DNA of 64,000 nucleotides from an uncultured delta proteobacterium (GCA_963816395.1 CAWFKQ010000002.1:1-64000); one strand, 5' to 3'; shown: positions 34,631-46,711, counted from the first letter of the stretch. Notes: generated from the letters alone by a model not told the origin. Program-made: numbers and translations.

Positions 34631-35368
34631 ATGTACCAGCGACCCCTCACCTCCGAAAGTCCGTCCGCCCCCTCGTTTATTCGCCTGCGCGGGCTGAGCA
34701 AGGTCTATCCCGAGGGAGAGCGGCAGCGCATCGTGTTCCGCGACCTGGCGGCCGATTTCCCTCGGGGGGAGTTTGTCGCCCTGCTCGGCCGGAGCGGCTC
34801 GGGGAAATCGACCCTGCTCAACCTGATCAGTGGGATCGACCTGCCGACTGCGGGGGAGGTGAGTATCGGCGGCACCGACCTGACCCGCCTTCCGGAGCAG
34901 CAGCGCACTCTCTTCCGCCGCGCGCACATCGGTTTCATCTTTCAGTTTTTCAACCTCATCCCCACCCTGACCGTGCTGGAAAATCTCCTTCTCCCCCTGG
35001 AATTGCAGGGGAAAGTGGGGGACACCGAATTGCGTCGGGCGCGGGAACTGCTGGCGCAGGTCGGCCTGGCCGATCGCCCGGACAGCTTTCCGGACCGTCT
35101 CTCCGGCGGCGAACAGCAGCGGGTGGCAATCGCCCGTGCCCTGGTGCACCGGCCGCAGGTGCTGCTGGCGGATGAGCCGACGGGCAATCTCGATGGCGAG
35201 ACCGGCGCCCGGGTGCTGGCCTTGCTGAACGGCCTGGTGCGGCAGGCGGGAATGACCCTGCTGCTGGTCACCCACAGCCGGGAGGTGGCGCGCCTGGCCG
35301 ACCGCATCCTGACCGTCAGCGGGGGAACGCTGATGGAGACCGCCGCCGGTGGGGAGGTGCGGCCTTGA
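34631..35368 (+). CDS. ABC transporter ATP-binding protein (LolD/MacB-like)
   Basis: [32 protein letters not shown]. Confidence 0.95.
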   Translation: MYQRPLTSESPSAPSFIRLRGLSKVYPEGERQRIVFRDLAADFPRGEFVALLGRSGSGKSTLLNLISGIDLPTAGEVSIGGTDLTRLPEQQRTLFRRAHIGFIFQFFNLIPTLTVLENLLLPLELQGKVGDTELRRARELLAQVGLADRPDSFPDRLSGGEQQRVAIARALVHRPQVLLADEPTGNLDGETGARVLALLNGLVRQAGMTLLLVTHSREVARLADRILTVSGGTLMETAAGGEVRP

Positions 35369-37904
35369 TCCTCTGGCGGGCCAGCCTGCGCACCCTGCGC
35401 CGCCGCCCCCTGCTCCTGGTATTCGCCGTTCTCGGCATTGCCCTGGGGGTGGCGGTGGTGGTGGCCATCGACCTGGCCAACGCCAGCGCCGAGCAGGCCT
35501 TTCGCCTTTCGGCCCGGGCACTCGCCGGGCGGGCGACGCACCAGGTGGTCGGCGGCCCGGGCGGACTGGATGAGGATATCTACCGCCGACTGCGGCTGGC
35601 GGGAGTGCGGGCCAGTGCGCCGGTCGTGGAGGGGTATGCCGCGGTTCCTGACCGGCCCGGCCGCACCCTGCAGGTGCTGGGGGTGGATCCCTTTGCCGAA
35701 GAGCCCTTCCGCACCTATTCTCCTGCCCCAGGTGAAGGGGAGGTACTGGGCCGACTGCTGACCGAACCGGGTTCCGGGCTGCTCCTGCCCGCCACCGCCG
35801 GGCGACTGGGCCTCGCCCCGGGCGACTCGCTGCCCCTGGAGGTCAATGGCCGGCAGCGCACTCTGATCCTGGCCGGCAACCTGCATCCCGCCGATGAAAT
35901 CGCCGCTCGCGCACTGGAGAACCTGGTGGTCACCGACATCGCCACCGCCCAGGAGTTTTTCGGCTGGCAGCGGCAAACTCTCCCGTATCGACCTGCTGAT
36001 TCCCGCAGGAAGGGAAGGGGAGGCCCTGCTGGCGCGGGTGCGCGCGATCCTGCCGCCGTCCGCCGCTGTTCTTCCCGCCGGCGGCCGCGGCGACTTTCTC
36101 GCCCGCATGACGCGGGCTTTCCAGCTCAACCTGACCGCCCTGAGCCTGCTGGCCCTGGTGGTCGGGATGTTCCTCATCTACAACACCCTCTCTTTTTCCG
36201 TCTTGCAGCGACGGGAGCTGCTGGGAACCCTGCGCACCCTGGGGGTGACGCGGCGGGAAATTTTCACCCTGATTCTTGGCGAGGCCGCCCTGCTGGGGGC
36301 GGCCGGCACCGCTCTCGGACTGCTGCTCGGGCTCGCTCTGGGGAGCGGTCTGCTGCACCTGGTCACCCGCACCATCAACGATCTCTATTTCGTCCTGGCG
36401 GTGCGCCACCTGGCAATCACCCCCCTGCTGCTCGGCAAGGGGATCGCCCTGGGGATCGGCGCTTCGCTGGCGGCGGCCCTGGTCCCCGCCTGGGAGGCGG
36501 CGATGGCCCCGCCCCGTACCGTCCTCGCCCGCTCGGTCCTGGAAGGGCACCACCGGCGGCTTCTGCCGCTGGCTGCGGCGGTCGGCGCGGCGCTGATGCT
36601 GGCCGGCGGCATCCTCCTTCTGCTCCCCGGGCGGAGCATCTCCCTGGCCTTCACCGCTCTGTTTGCCCTGATTGCCGGTTATGCCCTGCTCACCCCGGCG
36701 GCTGTCGTGCTCCTGCTGCGCCTGCTGCAGCCGGCCATCGGCCGGGTCTGCGGCCTGTTGGGGCGCATGGCCGCCCGCGATCTGTCCGCTTCCCTCAGCC
36801 GCACCGGCGTCGCTACCGCCGCCCTGGTCGTCGCCGTCTCCGCCACTATCGGCGTCGGCATCATGGTCGGCAGCTTCCGCCTCACCATCGTCCGCTGGCT
36901 GGAGAACTATCTGCGCGCCGACGTCTACGTGACCACCACCGGCAGCGCCCTGGGCGGCCATCCGCTGCTCGAACCAGAGATAGTGGAAGGGCTGGCAAAG
37001 CTGCCCGGAGTCGGTATTGCCACCCGGGCGCGGCACCTGGAACTGGAATCGGCGGGAGAATCGACCACCCTGTTTGTCGTCGATATGCCGCCGGTGAGTT
37101 TCGCCGGTTACACCTTCGCGGGCGGCAATCGGGAGGAAATCCGCCATTCCCTGCTGCGGACGGCGGCGGTGATCGTCTCCCAGCCCTATGCCTATCACCA
37201 CCAGCTGCGCCGTGGGGATACCCTGCGCCTGCGCACGGATGAGGGTGAGCGGGAATTCGCGGTGGCCGGCGTATTCACCGATTACAGCACCGACCGGGGG
37301 CGGGTGGTGATGAGCCGCCCGGTCTACGAGCGCTACTGGCGCGACCGCGGGGTGGACGCTCTCGGCCTTTACCTGGCGCCCGGGCAAGAGGCCGAAGCGG
37401 TGGCCGAGGCGGTACGGCAGGCGGTCGGCCGACCGGCAGCAGGTGACCGTCTATTCCAACCGGGGACTGCGCCAGGCCTCCCTGTCCACCTTCGACCGAA
37501 CCTTCGCCATCACCTCCGTACTGCGCCTGCTGGCGATCCTCATCGCCTTCGTCGGCATCCTCAATGCCCTCATGGCGATGCAGATCGAGCGGGCACGGGA
37601 GCTGGCGGTGCTGCGTGCCAACGGCCTGACGCCGCGCCAGTTGTGGGGCCTGGTAAGCGGCGAGACGGGGCTGATCGGCCTGCTCGCCGGAGTGCTGGCG
37701 ATCCCCTTGGGCGTGCTGCAGGCCCTGGTTCTGATCCTGGTCATCAACCGGCGCTCCTTCGGCTGGATCCTGCAGACCAGTCTTTCGCCGGGCATCCTCC
37801 TGCAGGCGGTGGCCCTCGCCTTGGCCGCCGCCCTTCTGGCAGGCCTCTACCCGGCCTGGCGGATGGCCGGCACGCCACCGGCCCTGGCCCTGCGGGAGGA
37901 GTAG
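35365..37904 (+). CDS. FtsX-like ABC permease, two-module (frameshifts near 35960 and 37430)
   Basis: [45 protein letters not shown]. Confidence 0.88.
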
Positions 37905-37905
37905 C

Positions 37906-39073
37906 ATGCGGATGCGGCGATTGATTCCGCTGACTGTTCTCCTGCTGGGCTTCTGCGGCCTGCTGGCCGCCCTGCTCTGGCAGCTGGCCGGCAGCCCCCC
38001 CGAGCCGGCGAAAAATAGGCTCTCCCTGCCCGCCACCCTCGGCGGCGAAGCGGCGGCAGGGTATGCGCGCGCCCTGATCCCGCGCCCCTTCCTTTTCCCG
38101 CGGGACCACGGTCCCCATCCCGACTTCCGGACCGAGTGGTGGTATTTTACCGGCAATCTGGAGGATGCGACCGGCCGCCACTTCGGCTATCAGCTGACGT
38201 TCTTTCGGATCGCCATGGCGCCCAGGGCGCCCCAACGCGCTTCCGCCTGGGCCACCCGCCAGGTCTACATGGCCCACTTCGCCCTCACCGATGCTGCCGG
38301 CAAAAAGTTCCACAACTTCGAACGCTTCAGCCGCGCCGCCGTTGGCCTGGCCGGCGCCGCTGGCCGAGCCCTTCCGGGTCTGGCTGGAGGATTGGACCGC
38401 CGCCGGTGGCGAGGCGGGGACTTTCCCCCTGCGCCTGCGCGCCGCGGCAGGAGAGGTAGCCATCGAGTTGACGCTGGCCGCCGGAAAGCCGGTAGTCCCC
38501 CAGGGGGATAACGGCCTCAGCCGGAAAAGCGGCGCGGCGGGAAACGCCTCCTACTACTATTCCTTGACCCGCCTGCCGACCGCTGGCACGCTGCGCATCG
38601 GCGCCGCCGATTACAAGGTGCGCGGGCTCTCCTGGCTCGACCGCGAATGGAGCACCAGCGCCCTCGGGGCGGGAGAAGTCGGCTGGGACTGGTTCGCCCT
38701 GCAACTCGGCGACGGCCGCGAGGTGATGTTCTACCGCCTGCGCCGGAACGGGGGCGCTATTTCTCCCTGGAGCGCCGGCACCCTGATCGAAGCGGACGGC
38801 AGTTCCCGCCACCTGGCATCGGAGGAGGTGGAGATTGCTGAACTCGACCACTGGCAAAGCCCGCATGACGGCGCCTCCTACCCCTCCCGCTGGCGCCTGC
38901 GGGTCCCCGCCGCCGGTCTCGACCTGGAGATCGAGCCATGGCTGGCCGACCAGGAACTGCAGGGTACGGTTCGTTACTGGGAGGGGGCGGTCAAGGTCCG
39001 CGGGGAATCGGGGGGACGGCCGGTGGCGGGGAACGGCTATGTGGAGTTGACGGGTTACGCTGGAAACCGGTAG
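37906..39073 (+). CDS. AttH/CrtC-like lipocalin-domain protein (frameshift near 38360)
   Basis: FPRDHGPHPDFRTEWWYFTG, WLDREWS, GWDWF, YWEG, GYVELTGY. Confidence 0.88.
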
Positions 39074-39096
39074 GGCGGCTGCATGCGCCGCCCTAC
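39070..39096. repeat. GTAG-family REP palindrome
   Basis: GTAGGGCGGC TGCATGC GCCGCCCTAC overlapping the stop codon. Confidence 0.75.
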
Positions 39097-39209
39097 GGGG
39101 AATTGCCGAGGCAGTGCATCCAACTGGGTCGACTTCACCGGAGTGCTTCTCGGGGGCGGCTGGGGAACGCAACGATTTGAATAGCGTGGTGAACGGCTCT
39201 AGCGGCCGC

Positions 39210-39859
39210 TCAGAAGTCCAGGCGCACCCCGAAGGTGACGTTGTGGGTGACATACTCCGATTTGAATTCGGTGCCGGTGGCATCCTTGAACTCGGGCCGG
39301 AGAGTGGCGAAATAGCGATAATCCAGGTCGAGATAGAGCTGAGGGGACATCTGGTAGGCGACCCCCGCCAGGAACTGGTAGGCGAAAGCCGTATCCTCAT
39401 CGTCGGCCAGTGGATGCCCCCCTACGGTGAGCTTGTCCAGGGAAATCCTGGCCGCTCCCGACCCCGGCACCGACATAGGGGAGCCAGGGGCGAAAGTCAC
39501 GGGATTCGCCGATGGTATTCAGCATGAGGCTGACCGCGCGTCGCCTTCCCTTCCCCCGTCATCTTTCCTGTCGAGAATTCGGCTTTGTCCAGGTCGTTTT
39601 CCCGCCAGGCCGCCTCCAGTTCCACCCGCCCGGCGCCGATCTGCGGATAGGTATCCCGCAGGTCGTAGCCGATGCTCGCCCCCGCCAGCCAGCCCGGTTT
39701 GTACTCGAAATTGAAGGAACCCTTGTCGCTGTCGTTCTTCGCTCCCTCCACGGCGATCCCCCCGCCCAGAAGAGAAAGGTAGAAGCCCCCCTCGGCGGCG
39801 AAAGCGGCCGGGGCGGCAAAGGCCAGCAGAAGGCCGGCCGAAATTATCATTCTCTTCAT
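39210..39859 (-). CDS. Outer membrane beta-barrel protein (frameshifted)
   Basis: Signal peptide, GRVELE, FAYQFLAGVAY, LDLDYRYF, terminal VRLDF. Confidence 0.8.
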
Positions 39860-39891
39860 CACTTCCCTCCTCGGTGGCAGGATTCCAAACT

Positions 39892-41031
39892 CTATTGGAC
39901 GACAACGGTGGCCGTGCCCGTTTGGCCATCCCTGCCGGCACGGATGGTCACGCTGCCGGGATTGACCCCCTGGACCTGGCCGGTGGCGCTGACGGTCGCG
40001 ACATTGTTATTGCTGGAAGTCCAGGTGACCAGGCTGGTGATGTCGCGGCTCGCGGCGCCGGTGAAGTTGCCGGTTGCGGTCATCTGCAGGACACCGCCGA
40101 CAGCGATGGTCTGGCTGGTCGGGGTGACCACGATAGATGTCAGGGCGGTGACGGTCAGGGTCGTGGTACCCCGGACACCGTTAAAGAACGCGGCAATGGT
40201 GACGGTGCCGGCGCGGACGGCAGTGGCCAGGCCGGCGTCGTCGATGGTGGCGATCGAGGAATCCGAGGAAGACCAGGTGGCCTGGCTGGTGACGTCCTGG
40301 GAGGTGCCGTCAGAGAAATTGCCGGTGGCCGTGAACTGCTGCGTCTCGCCGTTGGTGAGCACCGGGGCAGCCGGGGTCAGGGTGATCGACTGCAACTCCG
40401 GTTCGGTTACGGTTACCGAGGCGCTGCCGGTGACGCCGCCGAAATCGGCGGTGATATCGATCGGCCCGCCGGCCGCGACGGCTGTCGCCAGTCCGGTGGC
40501 ATTCACAGTGGCGATGGTGTCGTCGGCGGAGGTCCAGATGACGTCGCGGGTGATGTCCTGCGTCGGCACCAGGGCATCGTTGAAGGAGCCGGTGGCGGTG
40601 AACTGCTGCGTGAGACCCAGGGAAACGTTAGCCGTGGCTGGGGTGACGGCAACCTGGCTGGCGGTGGCGTCGGTCACCGTGAACCCGAAGGTGCCGGTCA
40701 CCGTGCCGCTGGTTGCGGTGATATTGGTGGTGCCGGCGGCAAGCCCCTTGCCGAGGCCGTGACTTGCGGCATCATTGCTGATCTCAAGGACCGTCGGATT
40801 ATCGCTGCTCCAGGCCACCTGGTCGGTGATATCGCGGGTGAACGCCCCGGAGAAATCGCCGATGGCCCGGAACTGGTTGCTGGTGCCGGCTGCGATCTGC
40901 GGATACTGGGAAGTGACGGTGATCGCCGTCAGCGGCACGAAATCGTTCGGGCGGGTCGGTTCATTGTCTTCGCCGCAGGCGACCAAAAGCAGGGCTGCCA
41001 ACAGGCATAAGCCGACCAGGCGTTTCATCAT
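39892..41031 (-). CDS. Lipoprotein with four Ig-like (Big_2) repeats
   Basis: Lipobox LVAC; repeats TQQFTATGxF..DIT..VxWxSSD..IATV..G. Confidence 0.88.
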   Translation of the reverse strand: MMKRLVGLCLLAALLLVACGEDNEPTRPNDFVPLTAITVTSQYPQIAAGTSNQFRAIGDFSGAFTRDITDQVAWSSDNPTVLEISNDAASHGLGKGLAAGTTNITATSGTVTGTFGFTVTDATASQVAVTPATANVSLGLTQQFTATGSFNDALVPTQDITRDVIWTSADDTIATVNATGLATAVAAGGPIDITADFGGVTGSASVTVTEPELQSITLTPAAPVLTNGETQQFTATGNFSDGTSQDVTSQATWSSSDSSIATIDDAGLATAVRAGTVTIAAFFNGVRGTTTLTVTALTSIVVTPTSQTIAVGGVLQMTATGNFTGAASRDITSLVTWTSSNNNVATVSATGQVQGVNPGSVTIRAGRDGQTGTATVVVQ

Positions 41032-41280
41032 GGGACACTCCTTATTATTAACAGTTCACGAACATCCATGCCAGATACCATAAAAACAGGCATTCCGCAA
41101 TTTCTTTCCGCTCGGGAAATCTCACCATAATATTCCCTTCAAACATCTCGATCAGCGGTATTCAGGGGCAATTGTCATTCAGAAACCTGCCCTTGGAGGC
41201 ACCATCCGTGTGGATTAAAATGTTGACCTCAGGTCCGATCCAGAGTTAAATAAAACGCAATTTTATTTAGGACTTTCTAT

Positions 41281-43177
41281 ATGGAACATTTCTTCACCGA
41301 TACCCTCGATTTCCTCTTTCAGTTCACCGGTGGCCGGGACGGCATCGAGGGTGGAGTGGTGTCCTTCGGCCTGGCGGTCCTCCTCTGGGCAATCCTGCTC
41401 GGTTTCCTGTACCTGCGCGAGCAGGCGGAACAGCGCGATCGGGCCGAGGGGGAACTGCGGGAAAAGAACGAAATGCTGCAGACGATCCTCGATTCGATTC
41501 CGGCACCGGTCTTCTACAAAGACGCCGAGGGGATTTATCTCGGCTGCAATATGGCCTTCGAGAAGTTTCTGGGTAAACCCAGGCAGGAGATCGTCGGACA
41601 GTCGGTTTACGGGGTGTCGCCATCCGACCTGGCCCAGGTCTATCACGAGGCGGACCTGGAGCTCATGCGGCAGGGCGGAATTCAGGTTTATGAGGCTCAG
41701 GTCGCCGCTGCCGACGGGCTGCGGCGCGATGTCATCTTCCACAAGGCCGTCTTCATGAAGGATGGCGGCAACGCGGGCGGGCTGGTGGGAACCCTGCTGG
41801 ATATCTCAGAGCGCAAGCGGGCGGAGGAGAAGGTTCAGCGGCTCGCTTACTTCGATTCGACGACCGGCCTGCCCAACCGCACCCTGTTCATGGACCGCCT
41901 GGAGCGGGCACTGACGCATGCCGAGCGGGAAGCGCACCGGCTCGCCCTGCTTTTCCTCGACCTCGACCGCTTCAAAGATATCAATGACACTCTCGGCCAC
42001 CCGGCCGGCGATCGTCTGCTCAATGCCGTTGCCGAGCGCCTCGGCAGCTGCCTGCGTGGGAGCGATACCCTGGCGCGTTTCGGCGGCGATGAGTTTGTTT
42101 TTCTCCTCTCCACCGTTAAGGACGAGGGGGGAGCGGCGGTGGTGGCGGAAAAATTGATCGATCTCATGGCCCGCTCCTTCGCCATTGACGGTCATGAAAT
42201 CTATCTCTCGGTCAGCATCGGCATCGTCATGTTCCCGAACGACGGGCAGGATGGGGCCGCCCTGCTCAGACACGCCGACATGGCCATGTATGCGGCCAAG
42301 GAGCGGGGAAAGAGCACCCTCAATTTTTTCTCTCCCGAACTGCAGCGGCGAGCGATGGAGCGGCACGAGCTGGTGAGCGGCTTCCGGCGGGCGCTGCAGC
42401 AGGAGGAATTTTTCCTCGAATTCCAACCGCAGGTGAACGTCCAAAAACGGGCGGGTAATGGGGGTGGAGGCGCTGCTGCGCTGGCGGCATCCGGCCCGGG
42501 GACTCATCTCTCCCGCCGCCTTCATTCATTTGGCGGAAGACACCGGGCATATCCGAGCCATCGGCGAATGGGTGCTGCGCGCTGCCTGCACCCAGGGACG
42601 CCTCTGGCAGAGGATGGGGGCGAAATCACTGCGCATCGGCGTCAATATCTCCGGCTGCCAGCTGCGGCAGCGCGGCTTCCTGGAAATGATCGACCGCGTT
42701 CTGGCCGATACCGGGCTGGATCCCCGCCTGCTGGAGCTGGAACTCACCGAGAGTGTTCTCATGGAGCAGACGGAGGCTGCGATCGGTGTCCTGACCGGCC
42801 TCAGGATGCGCGGCATCCACCTGGCCCTGGACGACTTCGGCACTGGCTACTCCTCCCTGAACTATCTGAAACACTTCCCTATCGATCGGATAAAGATCGA
42901 CAAATCATTCATCCGCGATCTGGCCGATCATGACAGCGCCGCCATTATCGATTCCATCCTCGCCATCGCCCGCACCCTGAATCTGCGCGTGGTGGCGGAA
43001 GGGGTGGAAACTCCCGACCAGCTGGACCATCTGCTGGCGCGGGACTGCCACGAGATGCAAGGGTTCTATTTTGCCGCCCCTCTAGCGGCGGAAGAGGTCG
43101 CCGCCTTCTGCCGCCGTTACCCGGGCGCGGAGAAGGCCATGGCGCCGGTGGTGGTGGTCTCCAGTCGGCGGAGCTGA
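41281..43177 (+). CDS. PAS-GGDEF-EAL diguanylate cyclase/phosphodiesterase (frameshift near 42450)
   Basis: TM, PAS, RGSD..ARFGGDEF, EALLRW, DDFGTGYSSL, AEGVET. Confidence 0.92.
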
Positions 43178-43293
43178 AATTCCCCCGTGGTTACAGCCTA
43201 GTAAGCCGGTGCCCGGCCCCTTTCCGCCCGGGCCGCGTCCAATTCCCTGTTTCCACTTCCTTGCCTGGGTCGGTGAACCCGGTCCTTCGCCCC

Positions 43294-43824
43294 TCAACTC
43301 TCCGGTTCAATGGTTCCGATATACGGCAGGGCGCGGAAGCGGTCCCGGTAATCGAGGCCGTATCCCACCACCCAGGCGTCCGGGATATCAAAGCCGAGAT
43401 AATCGATCGGTGTCGGTTGCTCCAGGCGTTCGGGTTTGCACAGCAGGGAACAGGTCTTCAGGGAGGCGGGACGCCGGGCCTGGAAAAGGCCGGTCAGGTA
43501 CTCCAGGGTGTGGCCGGTGTCGATGATATCCTCGACAATCAGCACGTGCCGGCCGGTGAGATCGGTACGCACATCCATGATCAGGCGCACCGCCCCTGGG
43601 GTGGTTGCCGCCCTTCTGCCGTAGGCGGAAACGGCGATGAAGTCGATGCGGCGAGGAATGGTGAGCAGCCGCGAGAGATCGGCGAGGAAGATGTAGCAGC
43701 CGCGCAGCACCCCCACCAGCAGGAGCTCATCGGCTTCGGCGTAATCGGCGGAGATGGCCGCCGCCAGCTCGGCGACCCGGGTGCGGATCCGTTCTTCACT
43801 GAGGAATACGGCAGGCATCGGCAT
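43294..43824 (-). CDS. hpt: Hypoxanthine phosphoribosyltransferase
   Basis: VLIVEDIIDTGHTL, VVGYGLDY. Confidence 0.93.
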   Translation of the reverse strand: MPMPAVFLSEERIRTRVAELAAAISADYAEADELLLVGVLRGCYIFLADLSRLLTIPRRIDFIAVSAYGRRAATTPGAVRLIMDVRTDLTGRHVLIVEDIIDTGHTLEYLTGLFQARRPASLKTCSLLCKPERLEQPTPIDYLGFDIPDAWVVGYGLDYRDRFRALPYIGTIEPES

Positions 43825-43831
43825 CGGTGGC

Positions 43832-45568
43832 TCACCCGGTGAAAAGAGGAACGATCGTCCCGGCGGTGACGTCCACCAGCCCCCGGTCGGTCAGTTTGAG
43901 GGCGGGGATCACCTCCAGGGCAAGAAAGCTCATGGTGGCGAACGGATCGGTCAGTGTCGAGCCAAGGTCCCGGGCGGCCCGCTGCAGTTCCTCCAGACGG
44001 TCGCGCACCGTCTCTACCGATGCCTCCGCCATCAGGCCGGCCAGGGGGAGGGGAAGCCGCGCCAGCACGGTTTCGCCCTCTGCCGCCGCCAGTCCGCCGC
44101 CCCCCGCTGCTGCGGCTATCGAAGCCGTGCGCAGGGAAATGTCGTCGGCACCGATCGCGACCAGGTTGTGATGGTCGTGCGCCACCGTGCCGGCGACCGC
44201 TCCCCGCTGCAGTCCGAAGCCTTGTACGAAACCCAGGCCGATCCGGCCGGAACCCCGGTGTCGTTCGATAACCGCCATCTTCAGCAGGTCCCGCTGGGTA
44301 TCGGCGAGCACCAGCCCCCCCTCCAGGTGCGGGGCCAGGCGCAACTCCTCCGTCACCAACTGGTCCCGTATGATACCGATCACCCGGATCTTCCCGCGGC
44401 CGCCCGGGATGCGGTAATCGACCTGCCGCCAGTCGATGTGCACGGTATCATGCAGCGCCGTTGCCGCCGTGGTCGGCGGCGCCTCGGCAAAGGGGCGGAG
44501 CAGGCCTGCCCCGGCCACCTCGCGGCCGCTCTGGAAGACGAGTTCCGGCCGCGGGGCGGCAAGATCGCTGAATACCACCAGGTCCGCTCGCCGGCCGGGG
44601 GCGATTGCCCCCCGGTCAGCCAGCCGGAAATGCTCGGCCGCATTGAGGGTAGCCAGACGGATAGCGAGCAGCGGCTCGAGGCCGGCGGCAATGGCCATCC
44701 GCACCAGATGATCGATGGAACCCTCGCGCAACAGGTCTCGCGGCTGACGGTCGTCGGTGCAAAAGGCGAAGAACCGTTCGTTGTACGGGGTAACCAGGGG
44801 AAGCAGGGCGGTGAGATTGCGCGCCGCGCTCCCTTCGCGAATGAAGATGCGCAGGCCCCGGCGCAGCTTCTCCCGCGCCTCCTCGGCGGTGGTGCATTCA
44901 TGTTCGGAGCAGATGCCGGCGGCGGCATAGGCATCCAGTTCCCGGCCGGAAAGCCCGGGGCAGTGGCCGTCCACCGGCCGGTCGCGAAAGCTGGCGATCT
45001 CTTCCAGAACCCGGGCATCGCCGGCGAGCACACCGGGGAAATCCATCACTTCCCCCAGCCCGACCACCCGGCGGTCGGCGGCCAGGGAGCGCAGGTCGGC
45101 TGCGCGGAGTTCGCCGCCGGCGGTGGCCAGCCCGGTCGCCGGAACGCAGGCGGGCAGGGTCACCAGCACCTGCAGGGGGAGTCCCGCCGTGGATTCGAAC
45201 ATGAAGCGGATGCCCTCGGCACCGAGAACGTTGGCGATTTCGTGCGGATTGGAGACAACCGTGGTCACTCCGTGCGGGACCACGGCCCGGGCGAATTCAC
45301 GCGGGTGCAGCAGCGAACTCTCCAGGTGCACATGGGCATCGATGAAGCCGGGGCAGATGAAACGACCTCCCAGGTCGATCACCTGCCTCCCTTCATAATC
45401 GGCGCCCACTCCGGCAATCCGGTCATCTGTCAGGGCAATATCGACGATGCGGGTTTCACCGTCGAGAACATCAATCAGCCGGCCGTTGGTCAAAACCACA
45501 TCGGCCGGCTCCCTGCCGCGGGCAACGGCAATCCGGCGGGACAGCGCTTGGCGGACTTGGCTGTGCAT
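43832..45568 (-). CDS. ade: Adenine deaminase
   Basis: PGFIDAHVHLESS, PHEIANVLG, DGHCPG, FCTDDR, VAHDHHN. Confidence 0.94.
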   Translation of the reverse strand: MHSQVRQALSRRIAVARGREPADVVLTNGRLIDVLDGETRIVDIALTDDRIAGVGADYEGRQVIDLGGRFICPGFIDAHVHLESSLLHPREFARAVVPHGVTTVVSNPHEIANVLGAEGIRFMFESTAGLPLQVLVTLPACVPATGLATAGGELRAADLRSLAADRRVVGLGEVMDFPGVLAGDARVLEEIASFRDRPVDGHCPGLSGRELDAYAAAGICSEHECTTAEEAREKLRRGLRIFIREGSAARNLTALLPLVTPYNERFFAFCTDDRQPRDLLREGSIDHLVRMAIAAGLEPLLAIRLATLNAAEHFRLADRGAIAPGRRADLVVFSDLAAPRPELVFQSGREVAGAGLLRPFAEAPPTTAATALHDTVHIDWRQVDYRIPGGRGKIRVIGIIRDQLVTEELRLAPHLEGGLVLADTQRDLLKMAVIERHRGSGRIGLGFVQGFGLQRGAVAGTVAHDHHNLVAIGADDISLRTASIAAAAGGGGLAAAEGETVLARLPLPLAGLMAEASVETVRDRLEELQRAARDLGSTLTDPFATMSFLALEVIPALKLTDRGLVDVTAGTIVPLFTG

Positions 45569-45696
45569 ACAACAACAATTAACCGCCGAAGTTGGCGAAG
45601 GTCAAGGGGAGGGGAGAGAATAACGGGGAAGTTCTTTACAGTGAATATTTAGTTTATATAATGAAATAATCGAAACTACGGTAGAGGGAGGAGTCC

Positions 45697-45876
45697 ATGA
45701 GGGGAATGGTGCCGAAATATTTCGTCGGTCAGGAGGGGGATTTCGAAACTCTCGATTCCTTCGGCAACCCGCGCGAGAAACTGGCAGGACGCATTCTGCA
45801 ACTGACGGACAGCCGGGATGCCCTGTACGCCACTATCGACGACGGCCGGCAAACGGTTTCCGTACGTCTCGGTTAA
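45697..45876 (+). CDS. Small hypothetical protein (59 aa); absent from ORF track
   Basis: GGAGGAG RBS; MRGMVPKYFVGQEGDFETLDSFGNPREKLAGRILQLTDSRDALYATIDDGRQTVSVRLG. Confidence 0.6.
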   Translation: MRGMVPKYFVGQEGDFETLDSFGNPREKLAGRILQLTDSRDALYATIDDGRQTVSVRLG

Positions 45877-46220
45877 TCCGGAGGATTTTTTTTCCGGAGC
45901 AGACCGAACAGAAAGTCTACGGAGGTGGGTATTTCGCTTGCCTTCGGGTGCTCTCCGGCTGAAGCTCCTTGCTCCGCCGACCCCATTTCCCACCGGAGGA
46001 TGTCGCCGGCCATGAATTCCACATGCCGGATAGCGCGACCGGTCAAATCAGTCGGGCACTTGCCGAAGATCTCCACCGGTCCGTAATGTCCCGCCGTCGT
46101 TGAACTCCCGAAGGCATGCGGTGCAGAAAGCTCGCCGGACACCACCGCACACCATTCGGCGTCCCGGTGCTCCAGTTGGATGGTAAATTGTCCCTTAACC
46201 GTGGTGAGAGTCAGGCGCAT
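45873..46220 (-). CDS. Hypothetical protein
   Basis: 115-aa ORF with plausible composition and AGGA upstream; no family recognised. Confidence 0.45.
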   Translation of the reverse strand: MRLTLTTVKGQFTIQLEHRDAEWCAVVSGELSAPHAFGSSTTAGHYGPVEIFGKCPTDLTGRAIRHVEFMAGDILRWEMGSAEQGASAGEHPKASEIPTSVDFLFGLLRKKNPPD

Positions 46221-46537
46221 GGAAACAGCATCTTCCTGTGCGGATTAAAGAGTCTTCCGGGTAATCGTTTGCAAGCTTCATTCCATTCGGATTAAAAATC
46301 CGAAAACCCGCCCCAGAGCAGAGCCTGTGGGATTCTCAACCAAAGATTAAAACGCCCGAATCGGTCATCTCGCGTCCCGCCGCAACGGCGGGCGGCCGAC
46401 CGGCGCCCGGTTAGCTGCGAACGATTTCTAACCCGCTGAATTCTCTCGTTCTGGAGGTAACCGGAGGATCGGTTTCGGGTTGTCGGGGTAAGGCGGGTAC
46501 TGAACGCCATAAGGCGGGCATTGGCGCGGAGGGGGCA

Positions 46538-46575
46538 GAAAAAGAAAAAGGATCGGCTTTTCAGCCGACCCTTTT
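46538..46575 (-). terminator. Terminator after tRNA
   Basis: Minus strand GGGTCGGCT-GAAA-AGCCGATCC then T tract. Confidence 0.8.
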
Positions 46576-46581
46576 GATTTT

Positions 46582-46657
<76 letters not shown>

Positions 46658-46671
46658 GTGACAGGAGCCAC

Positions 46672-46700
46672 TTTATAGCAAAGGGTTTCTGGCGTGTCAA
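46672..46700 (-). promoter_or_regulatory. Sigma70 promoter of tRNA-Ala
   Basis: TTGACA-17 nt-TATAAA with extended -10 TG. Confidence 0.85.
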
Positions 46701-46711
46701 TGAAAAAAACA

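Noticed and set aside
45592..45605. TTGGC-N4-GTCAA as a third Crp/Fnr box
   Set aside because: Imperfect; better explained as the -35 (TTGACC, minus strand) of the ade promoter.
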